A stretch of 64,000 nt of DNA. It comes from Tubiluchus corallicola (taxonomy: Eukaryota; Animalia; Priapulida). The notes below the pieces were generated by a model that searched no databases, was not told where the DNA came from, and saw only the letters and a program-made list of their open reading frames with translations. Shown piece after piece: positions 23,201-33,601 of this stretch. Each line of letters begins with the position of its first letter. Position 1 is the stretch's first letter. The stretch is taken from positions 496,001 through 560,000 of the forward strand of contig JAQGDQ010000040.1 of assembly GCA_030141605.1 (NCBI GenBank). Reading direction: 5' to 3'. Made by a program: the position numbers and the translations under genes.

Positions 23201-25925
23201 GCCTTCATTTCAAGCAGCTTCGTCATGCATTTCTTTTGTCTGGTAGAAAAAATAAGTTTTCATTAATTACACTAGTTAGCTGCCAGACAACATAAATATT
23301 TTGTGCTTATTATTGTCTCTAACAGTACGAAATAAAAAAATCAATTCAAATGTATGGGGACATTATCTTATTAGTCATTTTGATTCAGAAAATTCATAGG
23401 TAATACAAAAGTGAAACACAATATTTTTACCTCAAGAACACAGAAAAGGTAAGTAAGTTCTTACCACTTACAAAAACAATAACATGACTCCTGCTGTGCC
23501 ATTTTAACTATGGGCATAAGCAAAAAATATAACTAGTTTACAATGTTTCCAACATGATCAGAAACTAAAGATTTTGCAAATGATAGTTACATAATTTGGA
23601 CTCGGAATGAAGTCAACCTTTTGTCAGAAGTTTTTCTTCTGTTTTGCTTTTTGTTGAATTCATAATGCTTATACCTAAGAATTGCACTTCACAATAAAAT
23701 GGCAATGTGACATTTTGACTTGTGAACTGTGAGTTAAAGGTCAACTAATCCCTTGTCAACCAGTATCATTTGATTTGTCTTATTGAGACATGAAGCCAAA
23801 ATGGCAACTTTGGCACAAAAACCAATTTTGAGTCAACTTATACTATTTAATTTTTCTCATTGAAAGTTGGAACCTTTTCAGTATATGCCCTCTAGGCTCT
23901 AGTAGGAATTTTTTCACTTTCCCATGCCACATGCCACCCTACCTAGCGACATACCAAGACTATAGCCCAGGTCAAAAACTGCAGGAAGAAACAGAGCTTT
24001 TCAAAACCTTAAGTGCTGGACAATTACCCGACAATAAGTAAATACTTATGAAGGAAAAGTGTAAAAACTGAAAGCCCTAGGAGGAGATGCGACCTAATGG
24101 AAAAACTGACCAACACTCGGTGCCCTTGCCCTATGACCAGATTACTGCAAAAATGACCAAACGTCACATTCGCCTCAGTGATGCCGAGGGCTACCCAGCC
24201 TGTGAGTTTCTTGACCCTAGCTTGCAAGCTTACAATTTATTAAGCAAAATGTTTATGGAGAATATGCAAATAAATAAATGCATTTCAAAACGATTTTGTT
24301 ATTGCAAAATTGTACTTGATATTGCAAAATTTTAACAATCACACTGCTAACTAATGAATAGTTATGCTTGATGAAACATTCGAAAACTTACCCATTAATG
24401 GCTGCAAGATGTAAAGGTGTACAACCAGATCTATCTTGATAATTAACATTAGCGTTCCGTTTTAACAATTCCAATAAGCATTCATAAGATCCACAACTAT
24501 AAAATCAAATAACAAGCTGTGAATGGTTAGTTAAAACATCAGGCAATTATCCCAAATGCTTGCAAAATTATATCCAATATTAATAGGCCATTGCACATTA
24601 ATACTAATATTATTAGGGATATTATATACCAGTACTATATCAGCGAATGTAATACTACACTATCAACATCATACAACTGTGCATACCAGTTTTGTTACAC
24701 AGACTTGTTTTATTACACACAGAGATACAGCTTAATCATAAGTGTGTAGAATTAAAGGCACAAAATATCTACATCATTTAAATAGTGAATTACAATAACC
24801 AATAAATTATCATCAACACAGCTCAAAGAAGGCAAACATGGTGCTACAAATTGCAGGCTCTTCTGTCTCACTCAGAAATTTTTGTGCCTATTTTATGGTA
24901 TTGTATATCTAGAATGAATCATATTACTTCCCTGGGAATTAGTGAAATAAAAAAACAACGACTTACTTAGCTGCAACATGGAGAAGTGTTCTCTTTGACT
25001 TCCCAATGGGCGAGTTAACATCATAATTTGAGTTTGACAGCAATTCAGCTACTGACCTGAAATGTTAAACAACAAATTGGTCTTTTCAATTTGACAGTAT
25101 TTCTTAGAATGTTATTAGCTGCAGAAGCTGTTCATAAAATCTGTAGAATTAACCAGCTTCTCTATGGTGACAAAATATTTAGATTGTTCAACAGCTGATC
25201 AAATTTTCTAGATCCTCCAGTTTATACAATTTCCCACAAATTACTAGTGACTTATTAAGTCCACTAGTATAAGTTTCTACAGCTTATAGTGTGATAAAGC
25301 AAAGTTCTACAAAACTGAAACTTTGTTTGCTGATAACTCTGCTCTGTGAACATTTCTTATTAATACTATATAGACTACAACAGTCATAGAGTACAGTAGT
25401 TTTTCTGGCATGCATTATACAGTTGGCATCATACAGGCTACAAGCAGAATTGTATTTCAAGTTTTGCCTTTGTAAATTTATGAGAGTGAAATATTATGGA
25501 AAATTGTTGCTGTTAGAAATTTTCCTTGCAACATCTTGAATAGCTGCATTTGCCGGCTGCTAAATAGGCATTAATTGTGTTTTTAAGCTATCACTTAATT
25601 ATAAGAAACTATGTATTTTATATGACAGGTGTTTGATCTGGAAAATCACTGTGTTCCTTTAAATACAGAAAGCAGCCTTTCCAAATATTATGCATCTCAA
25701 TTTTCTCATCATTATTCCGTTTATATGACACAAAGATACATCAATAAATTGCACACATTCAACATAATAGATAAATTATATACCAGTACATAATTGTAAC
25801 AAATACCTATGCTGATTGCCAAATATCATGTTTAACAACATGTAACCCGCTGCTTTTTGATCATGAGGAAGTTCAACAGTTCTTCCACTCCGCAATGAAT
25901 GGGCCAACTTTTGAATAAACTCCAT
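2268..25925 (-). CDS. HACE1: E3 ubiquitin ligase HACE1 (ankyrin repeats + HECT), 21 coding exons, about 1021 aa
   Basis: Phase-consistent exons: 25807-25925, 24967-25056, 24392-24496, 23164-23239, 22617-22748, 21581-21663, 20622-20820, 20083-20189, 19541-19769, 18072-18670, 17650-17806, 17078-17198, 16669-16766, 16241-16328, 14800-15011, 13786-13920, 4946-5077, 4372-4467, 4028-4098, 2892-3005, 2268-2370. N-terminus [20 protein letters not shown], ankyrin motifs ([22 protein letters not shown]), HECT motifs ([40 protein letters not shown]) and the catalytic LPTASTCINYLKLP all resemble vertebrate HACE1 as recalled. Confidence 0.93.
3280..4006. mobile_element. Non-autonomous Tc1/mariner (pogo/Tigger-like) DNA transposon in a HACE1 intron
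   Basis: TA|CAGCCAAACCTCG at the left end and GAGGTTTGACTG|TA at the right end form imperfect TIRs with a TA TSD; subterminal CCAAACTCG repeats; no transposase ORF. Confidence 0.65.
5317..6499 (-). repeat. 3' LTR of the Gmr1-like element
   Basis: Direct repeat of 12598-13780; about 8 substitutions and no indels counted by eye; sense-strand AATAAA at 5439-5444. Confidence 0.97.
6503..6510 (-). other. Polypurine tract (GGGGGGAG)
   Basis: Purine run ending 3 nt upstream of the 3' LTR on the element sense strand. Confidence 0.75.
7040..11878 (-). CDS. Gag-Pol polyprotein: gag (SCAN-like capsid, CCHC knuckle), protease, integrase, reverse transcriptase, RNase H
   Basis: First ATG at 11878 (MFEKRY). 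[14 protein letters not shown] knuckle; RDTGA protease; HGSRLAGH...CRSCDTC plus DIIGP/TDCG/GLVERYN integrase; [29 protein letters not shown]; TSDAS...VADALSR RNase H. Confidence 0.95.
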   Translation of the reverse strand: MFEKRYRLSQLVSLSKKQLQDIVAEHLLLVDPRTTRAKLITTIFEAAGLPEEGAETRADLENPEGGEMKDPLDQLDRMSEEGSLSDNDMELPLPATAALGEREDTSVKRKPLHFDTTGVRTIAAEKPLLDPVSVPTHVNSVPLPTPRRRKTASINLEALSTTDEKTTQALLEIRQLELEAEVSIKKMEHEQQMAQVELRRQELRSSPAQNISFSNPNTSTLDSAADKIRHFKVRTYEESKDDIQKYLDWFESCAVANDIPKTSWAACLGPALTGRAADAFQQLPADSLRNYDALRKALLGAYILSPDMYLERFRSISKLKNESYTQLGRRLDSSLRDYHKALGVSTYEGVCQIDAIEQVLSLMPNDLAAWLRRKTLLKLEELTERADRYVAANLVTPHERSTSVSRRYNRSVQPSPRSKENKDGVSGGGGNTMKSTRIQCYRCGRAGHKRNECRANLNTEASLKAAGSTSARKQLFGEVDSDDLANNQWRHVPGQTEPVCFKALINGLHADCVRDTGASVSMVNSRFVRPEQYLDKSPQQLTCICGDQSTCFPAEIEIEGPGFSGILTVSVSSKLPTDFLLGNNYLSALKPLPKPRRAIAEARVQMTESAYVVTRSQAAKQEADARRDSQQHQYALNRVESGQTDLHQSTKVHDQLLKASAKELGQEQEEDVSIRNLIDNAGTPEAAYKKGSGYLLRDGILFYLCRERKGQSPRELLVLPKPRRKTVLALAHGSRLAGHLGINKTMQRILQIFIWPHLKRSVRNYCRSCDTCQRTARVRQADRAPLKPLSIADTVFRTIGMDIIGPLDRTPSGNRYALVLVDHSTRYPDCYPLPNIETITVLDALLKFCCRYGIPRQIITDCGTQFTSELTQELERQLGVKGIFASPYSPSTCGLVERYNTTLKASILRLQQDNPSLPWDQAVDFVLFAYREVPQESTNYSPNELVFGYPIRVPLAMLKERWGCSKPPNLEDIDEYVARVINTIETATEDAHQSLREAKLAPKRWYDRISKERGFEIGDRVLIRNMRKGKKMSPGWRGPFPVVDKLSDWNYKVCVGSKGKRRDVRVYHVNKLKHYIDRQENLVLWAMCTSSEVPDLERDYTDEVSITEGEVFWAGNEEEVEELQTEPAIGQGVVQSSGLPEYAFLPTAKATQSVDDLELPSNLSSQANTQLRTVFHKFPEMFTDLPGRTMVVRHHINLFDKTPVRQHPYRIPQARNEVVRQELQQMLDVGVIRRSESEYASPMLFVPKPHDEWRPCVDYRQLNARTIFCPYVMPRPDDIVDDLHNAVWISTIDLAKAYWQIELTPESIPLTAFVTSFGKFEFLVMPFGLMNAASSAQSLMDRILETVSNSSRGYIDDVLIKSSNWADHLRHVEDTLTCIRKCHFALQEANFLGYVIGKNRLRPQPQKLEQIHNCARPQTKSQVRRFLGMVGFYCRFIAQFSTIAAPLFALTEKHASIQVQWSDACEKSFLQLRNALTSESVLHSPDFSKPFILTSDASFVGIGGVLSQNREDGLGEVPITFVSRKLTTTETRYSVVEVELLSVVYCVQKLRYYLEGRNFTLRTDQRSLLALDKMRRNNRRLCHWALILSEFAFTVDHVAGSQNLVADALSRL
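12585..12596 (-). other. Primer-binding site, probably tRNA-Leu
   Basis: TGGTGTCAGATG lies 1 nt after the 5' LTR. The first 10 nt are complementary to the ...UCUGACACCA 3' end of metazoan tRNA-Leu(CAA) as recalled. Confidence 0.7.
12598..13780 (-). repeat. 5' LTR of the Gmr1-like element
   Basis: Direct repeat of 5317-6499, adjacent to the PBS; sense-strand AATAAA at 12720-12725. Confidence 0.97.
15437..15631. repeat. 35-bp minisatellite, about 5.5 copies (CACCACACCCGTTCTATCCACATCATACACAACTA)
   Basis: CCGTTCTATC recurs at 15461, 15496, 15531, 15566 and 15601 with no spacers. Confidence 0.92.
19896..19998. repeat. (AAT/AAC)n trinucleotide microsatellite
   Basis: Visible AAT and AAC runs in a HACE1 intron. 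Confidence 0.9.
21885..22518. mobile_element. Non-autonomous pogo/Tigger-like DNA transposon (MITE)
   Basis: TA|CAGTAGGCACCTCTTAA ... CTAAGTGGCGTCTACTG|TA imperfect TIRs with a TA TSD; subterminal ATTAACCG repeats at both ends. Confidence 0.7.
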
Positions 25926-26117
25926 GCATGTGTCACACTGCCAACTTTCCCAAAATGCATCAGACTTTAAAAAGTAATTTAAAATTATTCATTACATGTA
26001 ATACATTTGGCCAGCTTAAGCACAGGCATCACATTCATTTAACAAAGAAAATTTTATAAATGTTTAACATGTTAACTTATTTTGTTGATTGCATTACTCA
26101 TACTAGTACAAGTACGT

Positions 26118-29100
26118 CTATGAACTATGAATTTTATTTCACACATCAAAAAATACAATATCAAACACATTAATAAACTTTAAATAAAATAATTTGAGTA
26201 GTGCGAGGTGAGTGTACGACCATAAGGCCATTAACACACTCACCTTACTTAAATGAAAAAATGATTATAATTATGCATGCTTCTGTAGATAACTTAATGT
26301 AAATAAGGATGAAGTAAATGATGTAATAACAGCAATGGTATAAGAGCAATAAACCTGAAAGTTGAGAAAGGAAAACATAATATGCAATTACAACTCTGAG
26401 TGAGCCTTAAAGAGTGACAAATTTTTTTAAAAATAGTTACGAAAATGAATTTTATGATTATCTGTCAATGTACCACTTACTTGTATTACAATGCACTATA
26501 CTGCTTACTTTTATATACAATGATATACATATACACATATATGTACCCAAATTTAAGTGGGGGAGAAGAGATTAAATTATACATTATAATTGTAGTAATA
26601 ACTATAATTGTATAGAACATTTAAATATAATTGATGGTAGTAATGTAGCCATCATAACCATTAAAGATGGGCTATGGGGGGGGGCAAATTATAAGAATAT
26701 AAGTGATTCATTAGCAAATTTAATGCTACAATAATACATTCAATTTTTTTATCACTGGTATTTGCTGGTTATAAGCTAAGAGCATTCAAGGGCTTATTTT
26801 CCAAGTGGAAACAGATACAGATATAGGCTGTGATGAATGAATAATTTCATTTTAATAGATTTATACCTTTTATTGATAAAGTAACAAAAGTTGCAAAGAT
26901 ACCTATTAGTAAAAGAAAAACATTCGTGCAAAAAGACACACGTGCACAAAAAAGAGAAAAAACCTCTGGTCTTCTACGCCATTGAATATTTACTAATTAA
27001 AAATATCTTATATTGCTTGGTAGCTATTTTTAAAGAATGAGAAGAACTGATTGTCTTGAGCACACTATTCTACAAAATAACTCAATTGTGTTGTAAGGTA
27101 TTTAAGCCATACGCTGTGTTAAATCGTGTTTGAAAATAGTGTCCCATACTGGAACACCTAGTATAGTGAGAGTGAACATCTTTGATTAAGGTAAAGTAGT
27201 TAGTATATAATTCAGGCAACTGCCGGTTATTAAACTTATACATGAATTTCAATAATTCAAGATTATAAATATCTTCTATTTTCAATAAACCAAGGTGTAT
27301 GTACGATGGTGCTGCATGGTCTCTGTAATTGGCGAAAGTCATGTATTTAACGATTTTATTCCGAACTGTTAACAGTGGTTATAATAAGTATTTTTTTGTT
27401 TGCCACCAAGACAACACACAATATTGGAGGTACGGATAGACTAATGCATGGTAGATCATTTTCAAAATAGGCAAATTAATAAAATGTCTTAACTTTGCAA
27501 AAATACCAGCTGTTTTGTTTAATTTTGTTGCTGTAGAGGAAATGTGGGTAGACCACTTCATATTGTTGTCAATATGCAACTCAAGGTATTTTATACTACC
27601 ACTTTGTGTTAGAGTTATGTCGCCAATGTTGAGTTTGAAAGTGGAAGAGTCTTGTTGTGAAAGGTTCCTACTGATTAACATATATACTTAGTTTTAATGT
27701 AATTAACAGGTAATTTATTTGCTTTCATCCAGTCATCAATCTTTTTTAGTTTGATGTTACTGCGATGTTGTAAAGTTGAATTGTTAGTAGATGTGAGGAA
27801 GAGACTTGTGTCATCAGCGAAAAGACGAGTGTTAAAATCAGTAGCAAGAGGTAGGTCGTTGATACAGATCAAGAAAAGCAGCGGCCCAAGAGTGGATCCT
27901 TGAGGTACACCACACTTTTTGTTTAGCAAATCAGAGCATGTATTGTTAATAGTGGTGAACTGTTGTCGGTTAGTTAAGTAAGATTTAAGGAGATCCAAGA
28001 CAGGGCCTCTGATTCCATAATAATGCAATTTATGTAGTAGAATATCATGTTGGACTGTGTCAAAAGCTTTAGATAAATCTAAGAATATTGCACAAAGAAA
28101 TAGTTTTTTGTCTAAATTTAGAAGCATATTTTCAACAAATTCAGAAGTAGCTAATGAAGTGGAGTAAGTTTTGCGAAAACCAAATTGAAATTTTGTTAGT
28201 ATATTACATGAAGTGAGAAAATTGTTAATGCGATTACAAATAATATTTTCAAAAATTTTGGAAACTGGTGACAGGGGAAAAATTGGATGATAATTTGACA
28301 GGTTGTTTGGCGAATCATTTTTATAAAGTGGTTTTACTTTAGCTACTTTTAGACATTTAGGAAAGGTTCCTTCAGAAACTGCCATATTAAATAAAGTAAA
28401 GTAAAGAGAGTAAAGAAAGTAAGTACTGGGACAATTAAATCAGTTGCTAATTTGTAGAATTTAACTGGGACATTTTCTGGGCCAGGTGATTTATTTTCGT
28501 TAAGTTTATTAAGAGACAACAATGTTTCGAATTCAGAGATAGGATAAAAGAAGACAGATTTATCATTTGGAGCATTTAAGAATGATTGGTAGGTCTTTGA
28601 AGTAGATGGATTTTATTGGCCATATTACTACCTACAGACTGGAAGAATTTATTAAATGCATTAGCAATAGAGAGGTAGAGCCACTTGTGGTATGACCATT
28701 GTTATCTACAGAGGAAGAGGCAACTTGTGCTTTACTTTTAATTTTCAGTAAGCTATTAATCGTACTCCATTGCCTTTTAATATTATTTTTGTTTACAGCA
28801 AACAAATGGTCATAATATTCTCTTTTCGATTTTTGTTTAACATGATTTAGTTTATTTGAATAAGTCTTGTAATAAGTCCTTTTAAAAAGCGAATTAGAAA
28901 GTTTGTGAGATTTATAGTGCTTGCTTCTAGTTCTGATTGATTTTAAAATTCTGGGTGTTATCCAGGGTTTCCGAAAGGATATTGTTTCTCTTTTACTAAG
29001 TGTACAAATCGGGGCATGTTTATTAAGGGCGGTTTCAAATGATTCCAAGAAATGGGAAATAGTATTATTTACATTAAGTTGACTATTGAAAATATTAGAA

Positions 29101-29795
29101 AGTGAATGTCCCAAATATCAGAAAGTTCACAGGAATAAATCTTTTAGTATCTCTTATTTGTATTTGAGACTTACTTTTACTTGCATAGGAAGAGTTAACA
29201 ATTGTAAAGATAGACAGATGGTCAGCCACTTCATACTGAATGATGCCAGCAGTGATTTTGAAACTCATTAATATAAATATGATCAACTAAGGTTTGTGAG
29301 TTGTTAGTAATGCGAGTTGGTTGAGTGATAACTGGATGAAACCTATTTGAGAACAACATATTTATGTAGTTGGCAACAGAAGAAATGTCTTCGTGTTGAA
29401 GTAAATTAATATTCATGTCCCGGCAAATAAAAGCTGTCCTTCCTGATGAATTGATAAAGTTTAAGATCTCTTCCATTTCTTCATTAAAGTGGCTGAGAGA
29501 TTTGTTGGAGTGCCTGTACACGACGCCAAATGATATAGGTGCTTTATTTCTTGATGTTTTTATCTCGACCCATAAATCCTCTACAGCTATTCTGCTAACA
29601 GTGTGAGGTAGGTTGGATGTATATTTTTGGCAGTTAAATTGAATTTCATTAATAAACATTCGTCTAATGCTGGGACTAGTACTTGATGTTAGTTATTACG
29701 TTAACAAGTCTGTTTTTTTAAATTATAAAGGAATCAAGTTATAGGTTAAGGGGAATTTAGAACTTACTGTCTGAGTGGCAGTAATTTTCAGGAAG
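26118..29795 (-). mobile_element. Degenerate CR1/L2-group LINE (endonuclease + RT, frameshifted) with 3' UTR and tail
   Basis: ORF pieces 29231-29659 (APE: GVVYRH, DMNINLL, PTRIT...TLVDHIY), 28632-29114 (KPWIT), 27675-28385 (QFGFRK, FLDLSKAFDTV, GVPQGSTLGPLLF, FADDT), 27379-27681 and 27082-27342. The 3' end has a stem-loop, AATAAA and (TTCATAG)2. The 5' boundary is approximate. Confidence 0.88.
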
Positions 29796-29819
29796 GTCTT
29801 ATGAGTGTCACAAATAATG

Positions 29820-30000
29820 TATCAACATAACATGAATAATGCCCCAGTTTGCGGGAGCATAATGGAATTAGTTACTTGCAACTGCAAAAAAGGCTGCAAA
29901 AATAAAGAAGTTACAAACTCGCAAGTTTTTCTTGTATGCCATCATGTAGGTGTGACGATAAAACTTGCTCACAGATTAGAAATGCAGCAAAGCTAACAAG
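29820..30000 (+). pseudogene. Cys-rich zinc-finger fragment, probable DNA-transposon (Academ-like) remnant
   Basis: APVCGSIMELVTCNCKKGCK followed by a frameshifted C..C.C tail resembles the C-terminal Cys cluster of XPG-type invertebrate transposon proteins. Confidence 0.35.
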
Positions 30001-30283
30001 AACCTTCAGAATCAACCAGTTTATGACAGCCAGCCTTATCATCAGCAGAAGTTGTTGGATAAATGTATTTATAACTTTATAAACATATATTTTTGCTAAA
30101 TATAAATCTTCTGTAAGAAACCATCAATACTATGGCAACCATAGCATTTAACCCAAGGTAACCGGCATTATCCTAATATTACCAGTGCCAACTCTACCAG
30201 TGTTTTCAGCCACTGTCTTAAAAACGTAAATCTAAACACTTTTTGAAAGGCAGAAGTCTGCTGCAGTAATACAGTTTTCTTCT

Positions 30284-30622
30284 TCTCTGGGAGTCAGAGT
30301 AGTTGCTGCCAATGAGGTTTTTTGTGCACGATCTGAACAACGATCCCTGAAGACAACATAAGTAAGTTAACCAGAGCATGCAAAATGCATTCAGTGGTAT
30401 TCATGACACCTGTAACTATATAGTTGCAAAGGCTAAATATGTAGTAGCAAATTCTGGGGATCACAGTAATTGCTAACGATGAGGTTATTGTGCACGATCT
30501 GAACAACGATCCCCGAAGACAACATAAGTAAGTAAACCACAGCATGCAAAATGCAATCAATGCTATTCATGACAGCTGTTACTACATAGACGCTCAGGTT
30601 AGATATGTAGTCGCAAATTCTT
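30284..30622. repeat. Diverged tandem duplication, two units of about 167 bp
   Basis: TGTGCACGATCTGAACAACGATCCC.GAAGACAACATAAGTAAGT...AGCATGCAAAATGCA...ATATGTAGT.GCAAATTCT occurs twice. Confidence 0.85.
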
Positions 30623-30949
30623 TTCTAGACCACTACATGAATTATGTGGCCACAACTGTAAATTATTGGTACAATACTCTCGTACTTGTATCAATGTATA
30701 ATGTGTTAATATCATTTAGAACCCATTTCTCTTCTCGTCTTGTGCAACAGTTGCGGGTCCTTGGAATTCACTAAACAGTAAAATCGTTGAAGGATTAAAT
30801 GCCTCAACTTCGCAAATCGTTGAGGAGAGACTGTCTCATGGAAAGGTCTTTTATTCTTCGCAAGTACACAAGTTCAGCACTACCTGTTAAACTTAAAACC
30901 TTTCAAATACGATGTCCAACCAAATATTCTAATATTGCGTGTGCGATAA

Positions 30950-31190
30950 ATTACCTAATGGGGCAAACGACTATGTTAAATTTTACAAAATACTATAGAA
31001 AAAAAGATTGGTCAATCCATCGTATTAATTTCCTTTCTTTGAATTGCTAGTTATTTAACTGTAATTCAGCAACTCTGAAAATTGGAGATACGGGACGTCT
31101 TTGAAGATGTAGAGATATTCTGAACAAAATGACGGAATGATTTCTGATAGTGTAACCACACGCTAACCAATGATTTAACTATTGGATCGA
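30950..31190 (-). promoter_or_regulatory. Possible HACE1 promoter or non-coding first exon
   Basis: Cluster of CCAAT/ATTGG boxes (about 31006, 31082, 31167, 31181), locally more CpG, and a minus-strand donor-like AG|GTAATT near 30955. The first HACE1 coding exon has an upstream acceptor at 25965, so a 5' UTR exon is expected. Confidence 0.25.
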
Positions 31191-31239
31191 TGTTATATGT
31201 AGCTGATATGATAGCTGTAAGGTCTAAACAAACAATAAA

Positions 31240-32200
31240 GAATAAAGAAAGAAAATTTCAAAGTTTTGGAAGACAAAAAGAAGTTAACGAAATTTACTGA
31301 GAAAAGGATAATGAAGAGAAGGCATTTGAACATAAGAAATGGAATAATCCAGAGGCAGACCAGTATGAATATTTAGGTGATTGGTTAAATACAAAATGCA
31401 ACTATGAATTATTGCTTGAAAAAAGAACGGAGAAGGCAAAGTACATGATAAGAGAAATAATGAGAATCGGAAATGAGCAAAGTGCAGGTAAAAAAGTGTC
31501 AGACGTAAGATTACTTATGTATGAAACTATGATAATCCCGTCAGTATTGAACAATTGTGAAACATGGACGAAGATTAAAAAAGATGGGAAAAAATACAAA
31601 GGGAGATGCTAAGAAGAATTCTCAATCAAAAATTAGCACTACGTACTGAGGTATGTTAGCAGAAACAGGCCCGTGGCCTATGCAAAAACGGGTTGACTAT
31701 AAAAAGGCTGTGTTTTATTATTCGTTGATGAACTGAGATGAAAATAAATTAGCAAAACAAGTAGTACTTGAGCAAGAAAAAAAGGAATATAAAGATTGCT
31801 GGTATTCAAAAATATGTGAAATCATAGATAAATATTGAAAGGACAAGATTAAGCAAATAAAAAATGGAGAAATTAAAAAATCAACATGGAAAAAAGAAAT
31901 AAAAAGCTATAAATCAAAAATTATTACAGGAACATAAAGATAAAGTACCGAGAATGACAAAATTAAGATTTCTTGATGGTGAGGAATATGAGAAACAATG
32001 ATATATCAGTGAATGTGGTCTTGCAGATACAGTAAATATAGTGGAAATTTAATTAAATATGAAAGAATTGAAATGCAATTACAAATGAAACAAATGGGAA
32101 GACTTACTATGCCCTAAGTGCAGGATTCAGGAAGATACAACAGAACATGCAGTAAGTTGTGAAGTCGAAAAGATTAATAAATAAATATAATGTAAGGACA
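31240..32200 (+). mobile_element. Degenerate 3' fragment of a non-LTR retrotransposon (RTE-X/Proto2-like) with a C-terminal CCHC
   Basis: YEYLGD, IIPSVLNNCETW, MLAETG.WP and CPKCRIQEDTTEHAVSC, interrupted by stops and frameshifts. Clade assignment is tentative. Confidence 0.7.
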
Positions 32201-32239
32201 GAGACTATAAAAATAACAGAAATAGAAACTCTTGAATGA

Positions 32240-32486
32240 CTAGTGTGGCCATTTAGAGAAATTTAGGCACAAGTTTAAACAAATTACTATATAGTGGTCT
32301 AAACAATATCGAGTAAAATGCATGATCTTTGTAAGACTAATTTTTACTGGTAGTTCGAAAACTTGGTTTGAAAGTCTTTTAATCTCAATTTGAATTCGAT
32401 TCGAAATACTGAAGTTCAGTTCGATTCGAAAGTCACAAATTTGATTCAATTCGAATTCGCTTTCTGGTAGAGATTGCACACCCCTG
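32240..32486 (-). mobile_element. Partial hAT-like MITE rich in TTCGAA/TCGAAT motifs
   Basis: Minus strand starts CAGGGGTGTGCAATCTCTACCAGA and is homologous to the start of the element at 33205-33601. Confidence 0.6.
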
Positions 32487-33204
32487 TTAAATGGGATACT
32501 TTTTACAGGTATTTATTGCAATTTACAATACCATTTTTATACCAGAAATAATAAAAAATTTGTGGTGAACGTGCACTTGACGCATATAATTAATAATACC
32601 TATAATTGCTAAAAAATGCCTAGGACATATTTTTTACTGAAAGATGTAACATGCAGTCCCTTGAAACACATTTATAAATCATTATAACAATAACACATTT
32701 CTTACTGTAGTGATAAAATATCTATAGTAAACATGGTGATTCTAAACTTTGGACTTTACCTTTCTTTATGTGGATCTTGAAGCTTAATCAACTTGTCCAC
32801 AATTTATATAAAAACAGCCTGCCCTCAACCAGAATGCATAGGCGTATAGCTCCGAGATGAGTATTATAAATCACTGCAAGCTGTTGGACAAAAGCCCAGC
32901 TTGTTCTGTATATATCTTTGACTAAACAGCATATGTATTACAGCAGTGAATACAAATTTAATTATTGTCAATATCAAAGTTTACTACAGAATACCCAAAA
33001 AGACTATTAAAGTTATTACTACTTTGGCATTATCATTGCTTTTATATACATATAAGAGTTGAGCTTCACAAAAATCGATTGCACAATATTTCGTGATCTT
33101 GTTCTAGAAGAATAGTGTAATAGATAATGGTGTACAAATTTAATTTAACTCCACAAACATTTTCCCCTGTTACAACAAGAACATATTGAAAACTTAGCTT
33201 ACAT

Positions 33205-33601
33205 TAGGGGTAAGCATTTTCTACCAGATACTGACTTCGAATCAAATTGAATTTTTGACTTTCAAACTCCAATTAAACCGAATTTTAAGATTTCGAATGC
33301 AAATCAATTTTAAAGAATTTTTAAAAAGATTTCGAATCACAATAATAAAAAGTAGTCTTCCAAAGGTATACATATTGCATGATTTTGTTTTGCAGTAAAA
33401 AAATGCCATAATTTGTTTAAAAATTGTGCACAGAAGTCGTGCTAAGATGTACTGATTGCATGATGTTTCAAATGACTTAATGATAAAGAATACATGTAGT
33501 TGAAGTGGTGAATTATTTGAATCCCATTATTTTAGGTTCCAATCGAATTAGAATTAGACAAAACTCGTTTGAATCGAATTCAAACGTTTGACGCTCACCT
33601 A
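33205..33601 (+). mobile_element. hAT-like MITE, same family as 32240-32486
   Basis: Ends TAGGGGTAAGC ... GCTCACCTA form an imperfect TIR; subterminal TCGAAT repeats at both ends; no clear TSD. Confidence 0.6.

Noticed and set aside
23870-24335. GC-richer intronic block with short ORFs on both strands
   Set aside because: No recognisable motifs or termini; probably an unclassified repeat fragment.
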